Of a stretch of 64,000 bases of DNA, positions 15,209 through 28,554 are shown in pieces (within the stretch, counting starts at the first letter, position 1; each line of letters opens with the position of its first letter). Origin of the DNA: Octopus vulgaris (lineage: Eukaryota); the NCBI GenBank assembly GCA_951406725.2, contig OX597816.1:18352001-18416000 (forward strand), in the 5' to 3' direction. The notes under the pieces were generated by a model, which was given only the letters and a program-made list of their open reading frames with translations, was not told where the DNA came from and searched no databases. A program made the position numbers and the translations under genes.

Positions 15209-16679
15209 AACGGCAAAACGAGGCGTTCGAATTCCTATAGTTACGCGTCGAAACGACTTTTGTGTTGATCTTGTTTTCTCAATCGGTTCCATATGGATGG
15301 TTCAGTTTCAAACTTTTCAAAATAACTTTATTCTTTTGATGGCAATTGATATGTTTCTTGCATCCAAACATTTTATTCAGGACTTCGAATCTTGTAATAT
15401 CCGAATTTATTGCCGCACAATGTCTTGATGTACTGTATTTTTATTTTGTTTTTGTGTTTATTTGTATTGTTTTTACGTTCTGTTTTCGTCACATTTTTTC
15501 CTTGTTTTTACCCCTCTGCAAAGGAATTTTATTTAATTCTTTCGCAGAAAGGACTAGTTCAACGAGTCGTGTTCTGTCCTCACATTCGAAACACGCTGGA
15601 GTTGAACTAGGGACAGCTGATGAAGGGGATTTTTCCTTGTGTAGTTGTCTTGTACTCTGTTATTTCGTTGTTAAAAAAATTGTCCGTTCCATGCTTGTTT
15701 TTAGTTTTTCGTTTCTCGTTGAGTTCTACGTCTATTTGTGGTGTCCTGTACTCACGTATATATATTTATATATGCATATATATATACATGTAGATGTAGG
15801 TACGTACATATATGTTTGTATGTATGCATATATTTTATTTATTACACTATATATATATATATGTATATATATATGTGTGTGTGTGTGTGTGCCTGTGTGC
15901 GTGTGTGTGTGTTGTGTGTGTATTGTGTGTATGTTGTGTGTGTGAGTGTATGTGCGTGTGTGTGAGCGTGTGGGCATGTGTGTGTGTGCATTATGAGAGC
16001 AATGACTTCAATGATTGCTGCTATTAAGCAACATAGAACGTGATACTCCACTGCCTCACGACCAAATCTGTATCCTGTGGAAGGGAGAGTCGTGTACTCG
16101 CTTACAGTGTTTAAATCCTTAGAATAAAAGAGAGAAGCCAGAGCTATGCTTTGTGGAGGTACTTTCAGGTGCTGACACCTAGTCTTATGAGACGTAGAAA
16201 GAGGGCGGAAGTGTACGTTTGAGTAGGATGTAAATATTTGTTTGGTACTAATATTACCGTTACGTAGATGTGAACAGTGTAAGCAAAATGGAAATGTTGA
16301 ATCTGTACATAAAGGAAATGCTATTACGTAAAGTACTGGTTAACTGTGTCAATAAAGTAGTTTATTTCAGTTTGTACATGATGCAAATGCGCTGTAAATA
16401 AATTACGTTATTTACGGTGTGTAGGATATTTAGATAAGTAATGCATGGTGTCTTTGAATTCAGGAATATTGCATAAACTTGGTGTTGATTTTCGACGTTG
16501 ATCGTAACTACCTCGATAACTATGACTTATAACCCTGTTGGTATTAATATTGTTCATTGGTGGCATGGTGGAAGAAACAGTTTAGTTACATCATGGTGCC
16601 GATGTGAATTGACGTGGCCGGTTTTCCGTTTGAATCCCGTCGAGAATGTTTTTTTTTAAGTTCTATACTTATTTCGTGT

Positions 16680-16912
16680 TTGGTGGCGAGCTGGCAGAAA
16701 CGTTAGCACGCCGGGCGAAATGCGTAGCCGTATTTCGTCTGCCGTTACGTTCTGAGTTCAAATTCCGCCGAGGTCGACTTTACCTTTCATCCTTTCGAGG
16801 TCGATAAATTAAGTACCAGTTTCGCACAGGGGTCGATGTAATAGACTTAATATCTTTGTCTGTCCTTGTTTGTCCCCTCTAAATGTAGCCCCTTGTGGGC
16901 AGTAAAGAAATA
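16680..16912 (+). mobile_element. SINE family A with 16-bp TSD
   Basis: TATACTTATTTCGTGT at 16664-16679 and 16913-16928. Confidence 0.93.
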
Positions 16913-17426
16913 TATACTTATTTCGTGTACATAAAATTAGTATCTGTCAAGTATTGAGTCTGGCAAAATCGGTGATAGTCAATATTATAATATGTAACCT
17001 TTTCTTAACTTGAAAATCAATAAATTTTTTATATGCACTCTAACTTATTGATATACATTCTTCGACATCCACACAAAAAGTGACAAAAAGGATGAATATA
17101 AGTCACGTATTAAAACGTGACTGTGAAGCTGTAGTCATGGTTACCCAAAGATGAGAAAACACTCCTGTCTTTGTATAGTTCTATATCCTTATTCACCTAT
17201 TTTCTACTTGTCGCAAACATTTTCATTTACATGAATGATTTTTTCATGTTATCATTTCCGCAGTAAATTCAGGATTTTATAAAATACTTTGAGCTACGCA
17301 ACATGATGTACTTAGTCAGTTATGAATATGAAATATGTAACCATTATACATTATGCATACGCAAAAACTACATACACAGACACGTACACACACACGCGCA
17401 CACACACACATATATACACTTTCATG

Positions 17427-17474
<48 letters not shown>

Positions 17475-17638
17475 CATGTTTGCCCAAAATTAAACCGTCA
17501 GTAAATGAAAATTCCATAACTACTTAATATTCAATTCTATTTATTCATTCCAGTTATGGATATTTAATAATTGAATGTTGAGTGTTGAAATCATCGTTTT
17601 TCTTTTTCAACATCTGTCTATTAATTAGCGCAGACTCA

Positions 17639-17975
17639 GTGGAGGCACATGTCCTAGTGGTTAGAGCAGCGGACTCGCGGTTAAGGGAGCACGGGTTCGA
17701 ATCTCAGGCCGAGCGACGTGTGTATTTATGAGCGAAACACCGAAGCTCCACGCAAAAATGAAGGGCGGCGAGCTGGCGGAATCTATAGCACGCCGGGCGA
17801 AATGCTTAGCGATAAATCGTCTACAGCTACGTTCTGAGTTCAAATTCCGCCGAGGATGACATTCTCTTTCATCCTTTCGGGGTCGGTTACGCACTGGGGT
17901 CGATGTAATCGACTTTTTCCCTTTGTCCTTGTTTGTTCCCTCTATGTTTAGCCCCCTGTGGTCAATAAAGAAATA
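17639..17975 (+). mobile_element. Chimeric SINE: family D head (17639-17755) plus family A (17761-17975)
   Basis: Shared degenerate TSD AATTAGCGCAGACTCA / AATTATCGCAGGCTCA. Confidence 0.8.
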
Positions 17976-18073
17976 AATTATCGCAGGCTCATATAAAATA
18001 ATTTTTGTTTTGGTCTTGGAATCAAATGTTTTTTTTTTCTGTCAGGTGACTCTTGGTCATATATATGTATATG

Positions 18074-18140
<67 letters not shown>

Positions 18141-18144
<4 letters not shown>

Positions 18145-18165
18145 CAGCAGATGCTGAAACGTTCC
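18141..18165 (+). ncRNA. 5'-truncated hammerhead-like motif abutting (TA)n
   Basis: ATGA C AGC-agat-GCT GAAAC GTT. Confidence 0.4.
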
Positions 18166-18336
18166 TTCTGGGTTCTATTCCAGGGCTTAGAAAACCTGAC
18201 CGACAGCTGAAATAAATGTGTGATTCTAAGACGAAAATATGTTGAATAAAATCATACTTAACAGATCCTCCTGTATATTCTTTAACCTAAAGCCAGGAAA
18301 TCTTCAGTACACTTCCTTTAAATGTAAGTAAGTATG

Positions 18337-18408
<72 letters not shown>

Positions 18409-18461
18409 GCTGTCTCGCGTTTTATCAAGTAAAATATATATTTTACTGTTTAGCAGTTCAC

Positions 18462-18496
<35 letters not shown>

Positions 18497-19019
18497 CATA
18501 CACACGCACACTGACATACATACATATATATGTACGCATGTGTTGTTTTTGATTAATAAATGAACGGTATCGATAACTGTTGAAAATAATTATTTAAATA
18601 ATGAAATTTTAACTGACGATCACTATCTTCTTCATAAAACACCGAACGGGCCAGATTACCAATTGATTACTATCCTGACAAATGGGTCTTGATAGTTTGC
18701 ATTTTTCAATAACATTTATAGTAATAAAATATCATCAAATGCTGCAATTTTCATTACTATTTGCATGGTTATATCAAATAATTTCAATTAGCGTTGGTAT
18801 ATTATGTTTCAAACCTGAGTCGAGATTACAATTATTGATAAAGATCATACGCCTCATTAGTATACTGCTATATAATCATTTCGCAATATGTATCAGGTCG
18901 CAACATGCAACATTACATTTAATAACTTGTAATATTTATTGTGTTTAAGGAGTGTCATTATGCCAAAATAATAATATTTAAATACGTGCTAAAAGATATA
19001 AAAGAAAAAGGACCACGGG

Positions 19020-19458
19020 TCTTTCCCGAACAAGAGGCTCATAAGGCTGGTTTCCCCCTTCTCGGCTGACTGGACCCCGGATTACACATTTTTGTCATCT
19101 GGGGGGAGTGTAAGGACAAGAAATGAACACAACGCATCATTGTAATTAGGAATCGAAACCACAATCTTGCGATCTTGTGTGCAAAGGCAGCGAGCTGATG
19201 GAAACGTTAGCACGCCGGGCGAAATGCATAGCCGTATTTCGTCTGCCGTTACGTTCTGAGTTCAAATTCCGCCGAAGTCAACTTTTCCTTTCATCCTTTC
19301 CGGGTCGATAAATTAAGTACCAGTTACGCACTGGCGTCAATGTAATCGACTTGATCCGTTTGTCTGTCCTTGTTTGTCCCCTCTGTGTTTAGCCCCCTGT
19401 GGGTAATAAAGAAATAGATCTTGTGTGCACCATGCTAACCACTAAACCGCACACCTCT
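19020..19458. mobile_element. Old family C SINE (-) interrupted by family A SINE (+, 19184-19416) with 13-bp TSD
   Basis: GATCTTGTGTGCA at 19171-19183 and 19417-19429. Family C head sequence continues on both sides. Confidence 0.85.
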
Positions 19459-19589
19459 ATGTTAAATATGTTACTGCATCTTAATACATGCTATTTTTTC
19501 AATCTTACAGAATGTAGGTTTACAACAATATTTAGATTATTTACCAGATCTGCTTAATCGCAAAATTTGAAATATCCTCAGTGTACCTG

Positions 19590-19725
19590 ATTTACATTAT
19601 TTACGTTACTTACATGTGACGGATATTTGTCCTCATCTTGTTTGTTGTTAACACGTTTCAGCTGATATTCCCACCAGCCTTCATCAGTTGTCTTGGGGAA
19701 ACTTAGAACATGGGTTCTCATTCCA
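19590..19725 (-). mobile_element. Family E tail with hammerhead-like motif (19650-19692)
   Basis: Reverse complement GACAA CTGATGA A GGCTG..CAGCT GAAAC GTGTT, followed by the (AAATAATGT)n-like tail. Confidence 0.8.
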
Positions 19726-20205
19726 GGATTGTGGATACGTCTCTCAAAATGCTTCCTCCTCTTGAATTACTGGGTCTAAATTCCGCCGAGGTTGGCTTTG
19801 CCGTTCATTCTCATGGGCATCGCTAAATCAAATAGCAATTGAACATCTGTCGATGTAAATCGAATTTACGACTACTTTGAAATTACTGACATTGTTCCAC
19901 AATTGGAAATCATTATTCTTTTCAACTATACGAAGTGCATTGAAGCAGATTATTAATTTATACTGGGCATTGATTTTTAAACTAAAAATGGCAATATCAC
20001 CATACGCCCGACTTGTACTTCTCAATTTGCAGCATTTCATTGTGGTCGACAAACAGTAGTTTATAATTTTCTGTCCTCAATCTCACTTGTCCTCAATTTC
20101 ACTGCTGTCCTCAGTTTCATATAGTTTACTGTATGTGCTTACCCCTGCAAATGCTGTACAGGTGCACCTTATATAAATCCTATACCGCCACCTGGTATAA
20201 AGTAA

Positions 20206-20400
20206 AGGGCTGTGACATATTGGTTAAGGTGTTGCACCCATGATCGTAAGATTGTGGTTTCCATTTCTTGACTGAACAATGCGTTGCTCCACTCCACTAA
20301 CCTGGCACAAAGGAGTAATCATGCGACAAGCCGGCGTCCCACCCAGCGAGTAATATATATGCCAGCAAAATCAGAAACCAGAAAACCGACCTCATGAGTC
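20206..20400 (+). mobile_element. Degenerate family C SINE
   Basis: TGGTTAAGGTGTTGCACCCATGATCGTAAGATTGTGGTTTC ... GGCGTCCCACCCAG ... GAAACC. Confidence 0.65.
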
Positions 20401-20815
20401 TATATGACTTGAGAAGCCGCATCTAGTATTGGATCAAACAAATCAGAGCAGTTTTCGATATTTGTCTTGTAAACGTGAAACGCACCATTTACGTCAGACT
20501 TCGGTATTTGTCTTTGAATTCTGTAACCTTATTTTGACAATTATCAGGTCGTTAGTTTATGAATGTTCGTAGTAGTAGAGTTCTGTTTAGGGAGCAAGAT
20601 ATTTCTGGCTCGCAAACACGTCACGAATCCTGTTTTATAGCCTTGGTAAAATATTTAATTATGTAACAAATGGGAATTGCGTTCATATTTAGATTCAAGG
20701 GCTGTTCTGCAAAATTTAATATTCATTATTCATCCCTGACAAACTACTTTGTTATGAAATGGAAGCTACTGAAATGTAAATAATGAACCCTCTGCAAAAA
20801 TAAGGAATACAGTTT

Positions 20816-21084
20816 ATAAAAAATATATAATAAATGTTCCTTCTCGAGCCATGCCAGGCACATAAGGGGCGGTTTCCCGGTTTCGGTGGCGTAGAAATTC
20901 CCCACCTGGACGGGACGCTGGTCCTTCGCAGAATTACTCATTTTTGCCGGGTGAGTGAACTGGAGCAACGTGAAATAAAGTGTTTTGCTCAAGAATACAA
21001 CGCATCGTCCGGTCCAGGAATCGAAACCACGACCTTACGATCATGAATTCAACACCCTAACCACTAAGCCACGCGTCTCTACAC
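20816..21084 (-). mobile_element. Family C SINE (tRNA head, V-domain-like body) with 10-bp TSD
   Basis: Reverse complement GTGGCTTAGTGGTTAGGG...GTTTCGATTCC...CTGCGAAGGACCAGCGTCCCGTCCAGG...GAAACCGGGAAACC. AATACAGTTT at 20806 and 21085. Confidence 0.88.
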
Positions 21085-21164
21085 AATACAGTTTGCTATA
21101 GATTGAAATATAACAACGGATATACACATATATACGTACTTACGCACGAATACATGGAAGAGAA

Positions 21165-21330
21165 TGCTGCGTGGCCTACGGGTTACGTTGTCGCTCTCAC
21201 TATCGAAAGTTGTGGTTCGATTCCCGGACCGGGAGCAAAACACTTCATTTCACTTTGCGCAGTCCACTTAGTTGTAAATGGATAACCCTGCAACGAAATA
21301 GCTTTCTAAGCCAGGGAGAATGTTGGCCTC
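21165..21330 (+). mobile_element. Degenerate family C-like SINE
   Basis: GTGGCCTAC.GGTT..GGTTCGATTCCC..GAGCAAAACACTTCATTTCAC..AACCCTGCAA. Confidence 0.6.
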
Positions 21331-22412
21331 TTCGTCTAGCTATTAGAGTGGTATCGTCCAAAAGCTGAATCTACGCAAAGTGCATAGTGGCCTGGAATGT
21401 TTAACAAACTGCGATATTCTGGTTGGTACCATGATATCAGTATCTAACTATTTAGCAAGCTAAAGAGCGAACTTATCGTTATTTCTTCTGAGAGATAATA
21501 GCTTATAAAAGAGATTTTACACCTATCGAAATGTTGCCAAGTCTTTCCAATGTATCTTTTTGAAATATTTCTTATCACCAATAAACAATGGTATTGTCTC
21601 ATTCATAATTTAATTTTCACCACATCATTTAGAGAAGGTATAATATACTGTTATTTAAAATGAATATATTTCTCTGAAATTCATTATATACTAACAATTG
21701 GATATTTACACTTGACAAAAAATATTGTAGTATTGATGTATGACATCAAGTATTAAAACGTTGTGAAAACACACAAACACACACATACATGTATGTATAT
21801 TATTGTGTCCACTTATTTCAAAACAAATATATAAATTCGGAGGTAAAATATTTCATGCATTTTTCACTTGGAATCGCAAATAGTTATTCTATTTTTGTCA
21901 TAACACAATGTTATTTTTAAATATTTTCTAATCTCTGAAACGTTTTAACACTCAGCAATATTCCAATCATATCGCTTACTTTGCAGTTATCACAAACTAA
22001 ATTTGTTTACGGGAAATTGCAAATAAGTAGAAAGTGCTGAAATTTTGCATATATCAATAGACGATATTGTATATATTATACGTATACAATGATGCATAAA
22101 ATGCTAGTAATTGTTGTATTTCCCGGAAAGAGAGAGCATGAAAATTAATAATATAACAATAGGAAAATACGAGAATTTAACAAAAGACACTTGTAATTTG
22201 CCCGCAATTTGCCACTAGAATTTGATTTGTAATAGCAGTAAAATCAATTATTGTCGCTTTTCTGACGGGCGATTCGATTTATATTTGTAGCTTAATACAA
22301 AACACTTCTCAAAGGAAATATGCAAAATGGAAATTTTCAGGACGAAATGTTATTGTGTTTAGCGAAAAAATAACGAAGAAATAAAGATTATTGAATTGTT
22401 CTTTCAGCTGCA

Positions 22413-22492
<80 letters not shown>

Positions 22493-22535
22493 TTATATAA
22501 ATATGCTTATATATATATGCATATATATATATGTT

Positions 22536-22638
<103 letters not shown>

Positions 22639-22764
22639 TGTATACAATTGAGATTATCATCATTCTTTCTAAGGCCTTCACCTTCGGAGAAAACATTTAT
22701 ACATTACTACTTTTGTTTCTCTCTTTGTTAAACAATTTATTTAACCCATATGTTGCTAAAACTG

Positions 22765-22824
<60 letters not shown>

Positions 22825-23399
22825 GAGAGAGAGATAGATAGATATATAAATATACATATACATATATATATGTACATGTACAGGAGTAATTTTGATAGGA
22901 AATGAAAAACAAAAACATCATCTATATCCTGTGCCATGATTCAAACTATCTTCAGCAAATTAAATAATAAACTAGGCGCAGCTATATGAATACGAGGCAA
23001 TACACAACGTGCCACGTGTCTACATGTTATAATTTTTTCAAATCCACTGCGCAGGCGCAGTATTTTATTAGCAACGGAGAGAAAAAATGCCGATTTTCTT
23101 CCAAAATTAGCCTATATATATATTTATGTATGTATATGTATGTACATATAACTACATGTATATTTCTGTGCTTGAGTAAATACAAATAAAATGATATCCA
23201 TTCAAATTCCTTCCACGAAATTTAATTATGAAAATGCTAAATGTTGATAAATATAATTTTCAATCAAGTTTGAGAATATATGTTTCGTATGATATTTATT
23301 TTTACGTCCATATCTCCTTAGCAGAGAAATCTCAATGCATAAAGGAAGGATAACTCAGCAAGAATATAATCGATCGTCCAATTCTAAAATGATTGAAAA

Positions 23400-23800
23400 C
23401 TTTTATACAAAATCCGATACTAAGCTAAAAAGCCAGCGATTTATGGGGAAGGGTAAAACGATTACATCAATCTCGTGCTGAACTGGTATTGATCTCGGAA
23501 AGGATGAAGTGCAAGTCAACTTCTGCAGATTTGACCTCAGAACCTTAAGAGAGATGAAATGCCGCCAAACATTTTGTTCAGGCGTGCTAACTATTCTGCC
23601 AAGTCACCTTTCCTTTACTACCTACAACTTCCAAATTCTGACTCAAGGTCCGCAATTTCAGAGGAGTGGCTAATTCGATTACATCGGACCCAGTCTTCAA
23701 CTGCTACTTATTTTATGGACCCCGGAAGCATGAAAGGTAAAATCGAACTCGGGGGCATTTGAATGCAGAATGTAAAATGTAAAGATGAAAGAAATGCCGT
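23400..23800 (-). mobile_element. Two old family A SINE copies
   Basis: Degenerate reverse-complement matches to GGATGAAAGG..GTCGACCTCGGCGGAATTTGAACTCAGAAC. Confidence 0.65.
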
Positions 23801-23938
23801 TAAATTGTGAGATTTGTAATTAAATTATCACATCTCATAAGAAACCAAATTACCATATTACCTGCATTGTCCCTTTATTTTGTGAAATATTTTTGTCGCA
23901 TATTCTATAGGAACCTAAATGTTTAAAACTATTACAAA

Positions 23939-24171
<233 letters not shown>

Positions 24172-24547
24172 GGTTGTGTTTTAACTTCTTGCTCTGAAAT
24201 TCAATAGTGAGATCTTAATTTGGTAATTATGGAAGCGTGAAATAAGGAATGAAAACCACCAGGGAACAGTTAATATGTTTTATAGAACTCAGCGGTATAA
24301 AATGCGATTTCGACTCCTGCAGTATTCGGATATAGATAAAGAGAGGCGTTGAGATAACTTCTGCTTTTATTGTTCACTTCCCTTATACGTTGACGAAGGA
24401 CGAATACAGTTATGATATTCATAAGTTACTTAAATGTAACAATACCATAACTAAAATGCAATCGCTTAAATAAGAAACTGAAATCATGAGACAGACCTTG
24501 ATTTTCGGTAGCATAAACGGTGAATAGATTATGTAATGAATATTATT

Positions 24548-24791
24548 TTATTCTTTTATTCGTTTCAGTCATTTTGAACGCGGTCATGCTGGAGCACCGC
24601 CTTTAGTCGAGCAAATCGACCCCAGGCCTTATTCTTTGGAAGCCTAGTACTTATTCTATCGGTCTGTTATACCGATCCACTAAGTTACGGGGATGTAAGC
24701 ACACCAGCATCGATGTCAAGCGATGGGACACACACACACATACGTACATACATACATACATACAAAAATACACACATACATACATATATAT

Positions 24792-24858
<67 letters not shown>

Positions 24859-25027
24859 CATATGACGGGCTTCTTTCAGTTCCCGTCTACCAAATCGACT
24901 CACAAGGCTTTGGTCGGCCCGAGGCTATCGTAGAAGACACTTTCCCAAAATTCCACGCTGTGGGACTGAACGTGGAACCATGTGGCTAGTTAGTAAGTTA
25001 CTTACCACACAGTCACTCCTGCACCTA
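24548..25027 (-). mobile_element. SINE family B
   Basis: Full head-microsatellite-tail structure on the minus strand. Confidence 0.9.
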
Positions 25028-25035
25028 TAAATGGA

Positions 25036-25155
25036 TTGCTTGCAGCACCTAGGTTTCCCAAGCGGTCACCCATCTAAGCACTAACTAGGCTCGACGTTGC
25101 TTAACTTCGGTGATCGGACGAGAACCGGTACATTCAACGAGAGATGGCCGAAAAG
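25036..25155 (-). rRNA. 5S rRNA: 5S rRNA copy (probably pseudogene)
   Basis: Reverse complement CCTTTTCGGCCATCTCTCGTTGAATGTACCGGTTCTCGTCCGATCACCGAAGTTAAGCAACGTCGAGCCTAGTTAGTGCTTAGATGGGTGACCGCTTGGGAAACCTAGGTGCTGCAAGC. The 5' end is decayed and no T4 terminator follows. Confidence 0.93.
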
Positions 25156-25491
25156 GAAATATATAAAAGATGTTAAATTATTTATTACTTAGATTGATCT
25201 TTTTTTTTGGTCTATCGTGATAGGCATAAACACATACGTATGTCTACATGAGTTAGGTACGTTGATTATATATAACATGCATATGGTTGAGCAAAATGCC
25301 TCACTCTCGTGAGGACTCAGTATACTATACTACATACGGTTACAGTCTCACTTTCATGGGTTTCACTTCAGGCGATTGAATTATCTATGGAACTAGTTTC
25401 TGAAAACCCTCACTATAGTTATTTCAAATTGGATGTGACTGCAACCAGAGGATGTTAAGTTCATCGAAATTTTGGGGCATTAAAGACCAAA

Positions 25492-25908
25492 TAGGCGCAG
25501 GAGTGGCTGTATGGTAAGTAGCTTGCTAACCAGCCACATGGTTCCGGGTTCAGTCCCACTGCGTGGCATCGTGGGCAAGTGTCTTCTGCTATAGCCTCGG
25601 GCCGATCAAAGCCTTGTGAGTGGATTTGGTAGACGGAAACTGAAAGAAGCCTGTCGTGTATATGTATATATATATATATGTATCTGTGTGTATGTGTTTG
25701 TATGTCTGTGTTTGTCCCTCTAGCATTACTTTACAACAGATGCTGGTGTGTTTACGTTCCCGTCACTTAGCGGTTCGGCAAAAAGAGATCGATAGAATAA
25801 GTACTGAGCTTACAAAGAATAAGTCCCGGGGTCGATTTGCTCGACTAAAGGCGGTGCTCCAGCATGGCCGCAGTCAAATGACTGAAACAAGTAAAAAAAA
25901 AAGAGTAA
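25492..25908 (+). mobile_element. SINE family B
   Basis: TAGGCGCAGGAGTGGCTGTATGGTAAG..GGGTTCAGTCCC..GGGCAAGTGTCTT..GACTGAAACAAGTAAAA. Confidence 0.92.
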
Positions 25909-25920
25909 ATAATGTGATAA

Positions 25921-26332
25921 TCTATAATATAAATTGGACATGGGCAATCGTTATATTCTTTCTTGTCTTGAGGTTCACAGCCAAACGGCTGGGTGGATTC
26001 ACATGAAAAAAATGACACACATGTGGAGACGGATACATAGATTAGAATGCAGTTTGTATTTTTTTCCTAACCCCCATAGTTACCGAGAAAATCGATTAAA
26101 ACGTTTTTTAATGGAACTCCCATCTTTCTTCCGCCATTAAAACAACCAGTTGCTTAGAAGCTGTTTTCTGATGAGGTGGGGTCAGGAAATTTTCATATAG
26201 CTGGAGGCTCCAATTGAAACAGGGGACCCGAAACGATAAGGTTGACAAACACTGTTATAGATTATGCCTAACCCAAAACGATCATAGCTACATCATCCAA
26301 ACAGACCGGGTGAAACCGGGCTTAGCTGCTAG
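25921..26332 (+). mobile_element. Non-autonomous Helitron-like element
   Basis: A|TCTATAATATAAA 5' end. 3' hairpin CCGG-gtgaaa-CCGG shortly before CTAG|T. No TSD. Confidence 0.7.
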
Positions 26333-26633
26333 TGAACCAATAAAACCAACTGATATTTTACGATTTTATTAGATTTCCTCAGTGAAACATTCTATAATAT
26401 GACGATAGCAAATACAGAGAATATAGTGAGTGAAGACGATTCAGAATATCATTGGCTCTGTGGTAATATCTCAGAGGAACATTCTGCACAATAAGTGTCA
26501 GTGCCATATCGTCTCGAATATGCAATCAAATGAATGGGATTCAGAAACGATATCCACTTGCCTCTGATTTGTCTAACAATAGAATAATCTTAATCTCAGT
26601 TGGTTGACGCGACTTATTCTTATAACTATATGA

Positions 26634-26679
<46 letters not shown>

Positions 26680-26798
26680 ACATATATATACACACACGCA
26701 TATATATATACACATACATACACATGTATATAAATGTTTATGTATGTTTTCTTTATGTGTATTACAGACACACGCACACACATAAAATATAATGATAC

Positions 26799-26854
<56 letters not shown>

Positions 26855-27049
26855 AACAAATGTGATTCTGGGATTATTAGTATAGAAGACACGTTGTAAT
26901 GCTCAAAATATTCAAACATGTTCTATGTCTTTACAGGGGGCCGTTTCTGCAAGGTATAGAATGACTGTAAGTAGGATCAAGTTGAGTTGATATAGAGAAG
27001 ATTATGCAGACAAGCAAATTAGATACATGAAATATATAACATACATAAT

Positions 27050-27182
27050 ATGTACATTATTTACATTATTTACATTATTTACATTTGGCAGATATTTGTC
27101 CTCATCTTGTTTGTTGTTAACACAACGTTTCGGATGATATACCCTTGAGTCCGCATCAGGTGTCTTGGGGACGCCATATGCC
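27050..27182 (-). mobile_element. Family E, internally deleted copy (head start fused to hammerhead tail)
   Basis: Reverse complement GGCATATGGCGT|CCCCAAGACAC CTGATG..TCC GAAACGTT GTG..(AAATAATGT)n. Confidence 0.8.
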
Positions 27183-27186
27183 TACT

Positions 27187-27435
27187 GGCATATGGCGTAG
27201 TGGTTAAGAGCGCGGGATACTAACGCCAATATTCCGAGTTCAATTGCAGGCTGTGTTCTGAATAACAGCAACAACAACAACAACAACAACAATAGTAATA
27301 ATAATAATAATATCGAAAAATACCTTAAGAATGAGAATCTAGGCTCTAAATTTCCCCAAGAAACCTGATGAAGGCCGGAGGGTATAACAAGGGACAAGTT
27401 GAGGAAAAATATCCGTCAAATGTAAATATTGTACA
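27187..27435 (+). mobile_element. Family E SINE: tRNA-like head, (AAC/AAT)n linker, hammerhead-region tail (GAAAC part deleted)
   Basis: A box TGGCGTAGTGG, B-box-like GAGTTCAATTGC, then CCTGATGAAGGCCGGAGGGTATA..AAATATCCGTCAAATGTAAAT. Confidence 0.85.
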
Positions 27436-27926
27436 TACATTTTCTTGCCTTAGTTGCAGGTTCACATTGTCGGTATCAATGAACGAGTAATTTTCAAAGA
27501 TTAGCTTTTTAAAAATACTTCTGCCCGCTAATTCTACCTGATAATTAAGTCAAGTGTTCTTGTTCAGAGGAATACGCCGCCATTTATTCTATAATTCAAT
27601 GAACATGCAACTCAGTTGATTGAAGAACTGGTATACTCATTTCGAACAATATTGGATATTGCATTTATATCTTAAGCAGAAATTTAACAGTCTGAAAGTA
27701 GGCGTTCGAGATATTTATTCAGCACATGGTTAAAGACACTCGGTAGTTATTATTTCTGGAGACAGGCAGTGAATATTGCTTGGTCCACATATTCATTTCA
27801 AATATGAAATTTATTGATTCCTCGTTGAAGGGCTTAACATCAATTACACTAATGAACCGCTTATATTCAATCGTTATTATTATTGACTAATCGGTAAAAA
27901 TGATTATTATTATTAGTTCCATGTTT

Positions 27927-28505
27927 TAAGGCGGCGAGATGGTAGAATTGTTATCGCGTCAGACAAATTGCTTTGCTGCATTAAAAGACCCCCTTCGGTC
28001 ATGAATGACCATGGGATTGCACCTAGAAAGTTACCCTCCTAGACACAAGTCCGGGCAAGGTTGTTTATGGAAGACCAGCAGTCGCCCATGCATACCAGTC
28101 TCCCCTCTCCACGCCACCAGCGTTATCCAAGGGAAAGACAAAGGTCGATACAGCTTGGCACCTGTGACGTCGCAACTCATTTCTACAGCTGAGTGAACTG
28201 GAGCAACGTGAAATAAAGTGCTTTGCTCAAGAACACAACACGCAGCCCGGACCGGGATTCGAGCTCACAACCTCACGATCGTAAGCTCGACGGTCTAACC
28301 ACTGAGCCATGCGCCTTCACATTGCTGCATTAGATCCTGCTTTACGCAATGAATTCAAACTCCGCCGGGGTCGCTTTACCATTATTCCTTTCGGTGGCGT
28401 GAGGTGTGGGTCTGTAAAATAAGCTCCAGTCAGGTACTGAAATGAAAGCAATCGCCTATCCCTCCCCTCAAAATTCCAGGTGTTTTGCCTATAATAGAAA
28501 TAATT
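27927..28505. mobile_element. Old family A SINE (+) interrupted by a C-related SINE (-, 27984-28321) with 11-bp TSD
   Basis: TTGCTGCATTA at 27973-27983 and 28322-28332. Confidence 0.85.
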
Positions 28506-28554
28506 ATTATTTCCATGTTTTAATCTACCTATCTATCTAAAACCAACGAAGAAT

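Noticed and set aside
15545-15640. Hairpin CTAGTTCAAC..GTTGAACTAG plus CTGATGAAGGGG
   Set aside because: The order and pairing do not give a hammerhead core. It may be a decayed repeat end, but this is unsupported.
26170-26250. CTGATGA...CGAAAC as a hammerhead
   Set aside because: Stems I and III do not form properly. The segment looks like a hAT-MITE end (AAGGTTGACAAACACTG) inside the Helitron-like element.
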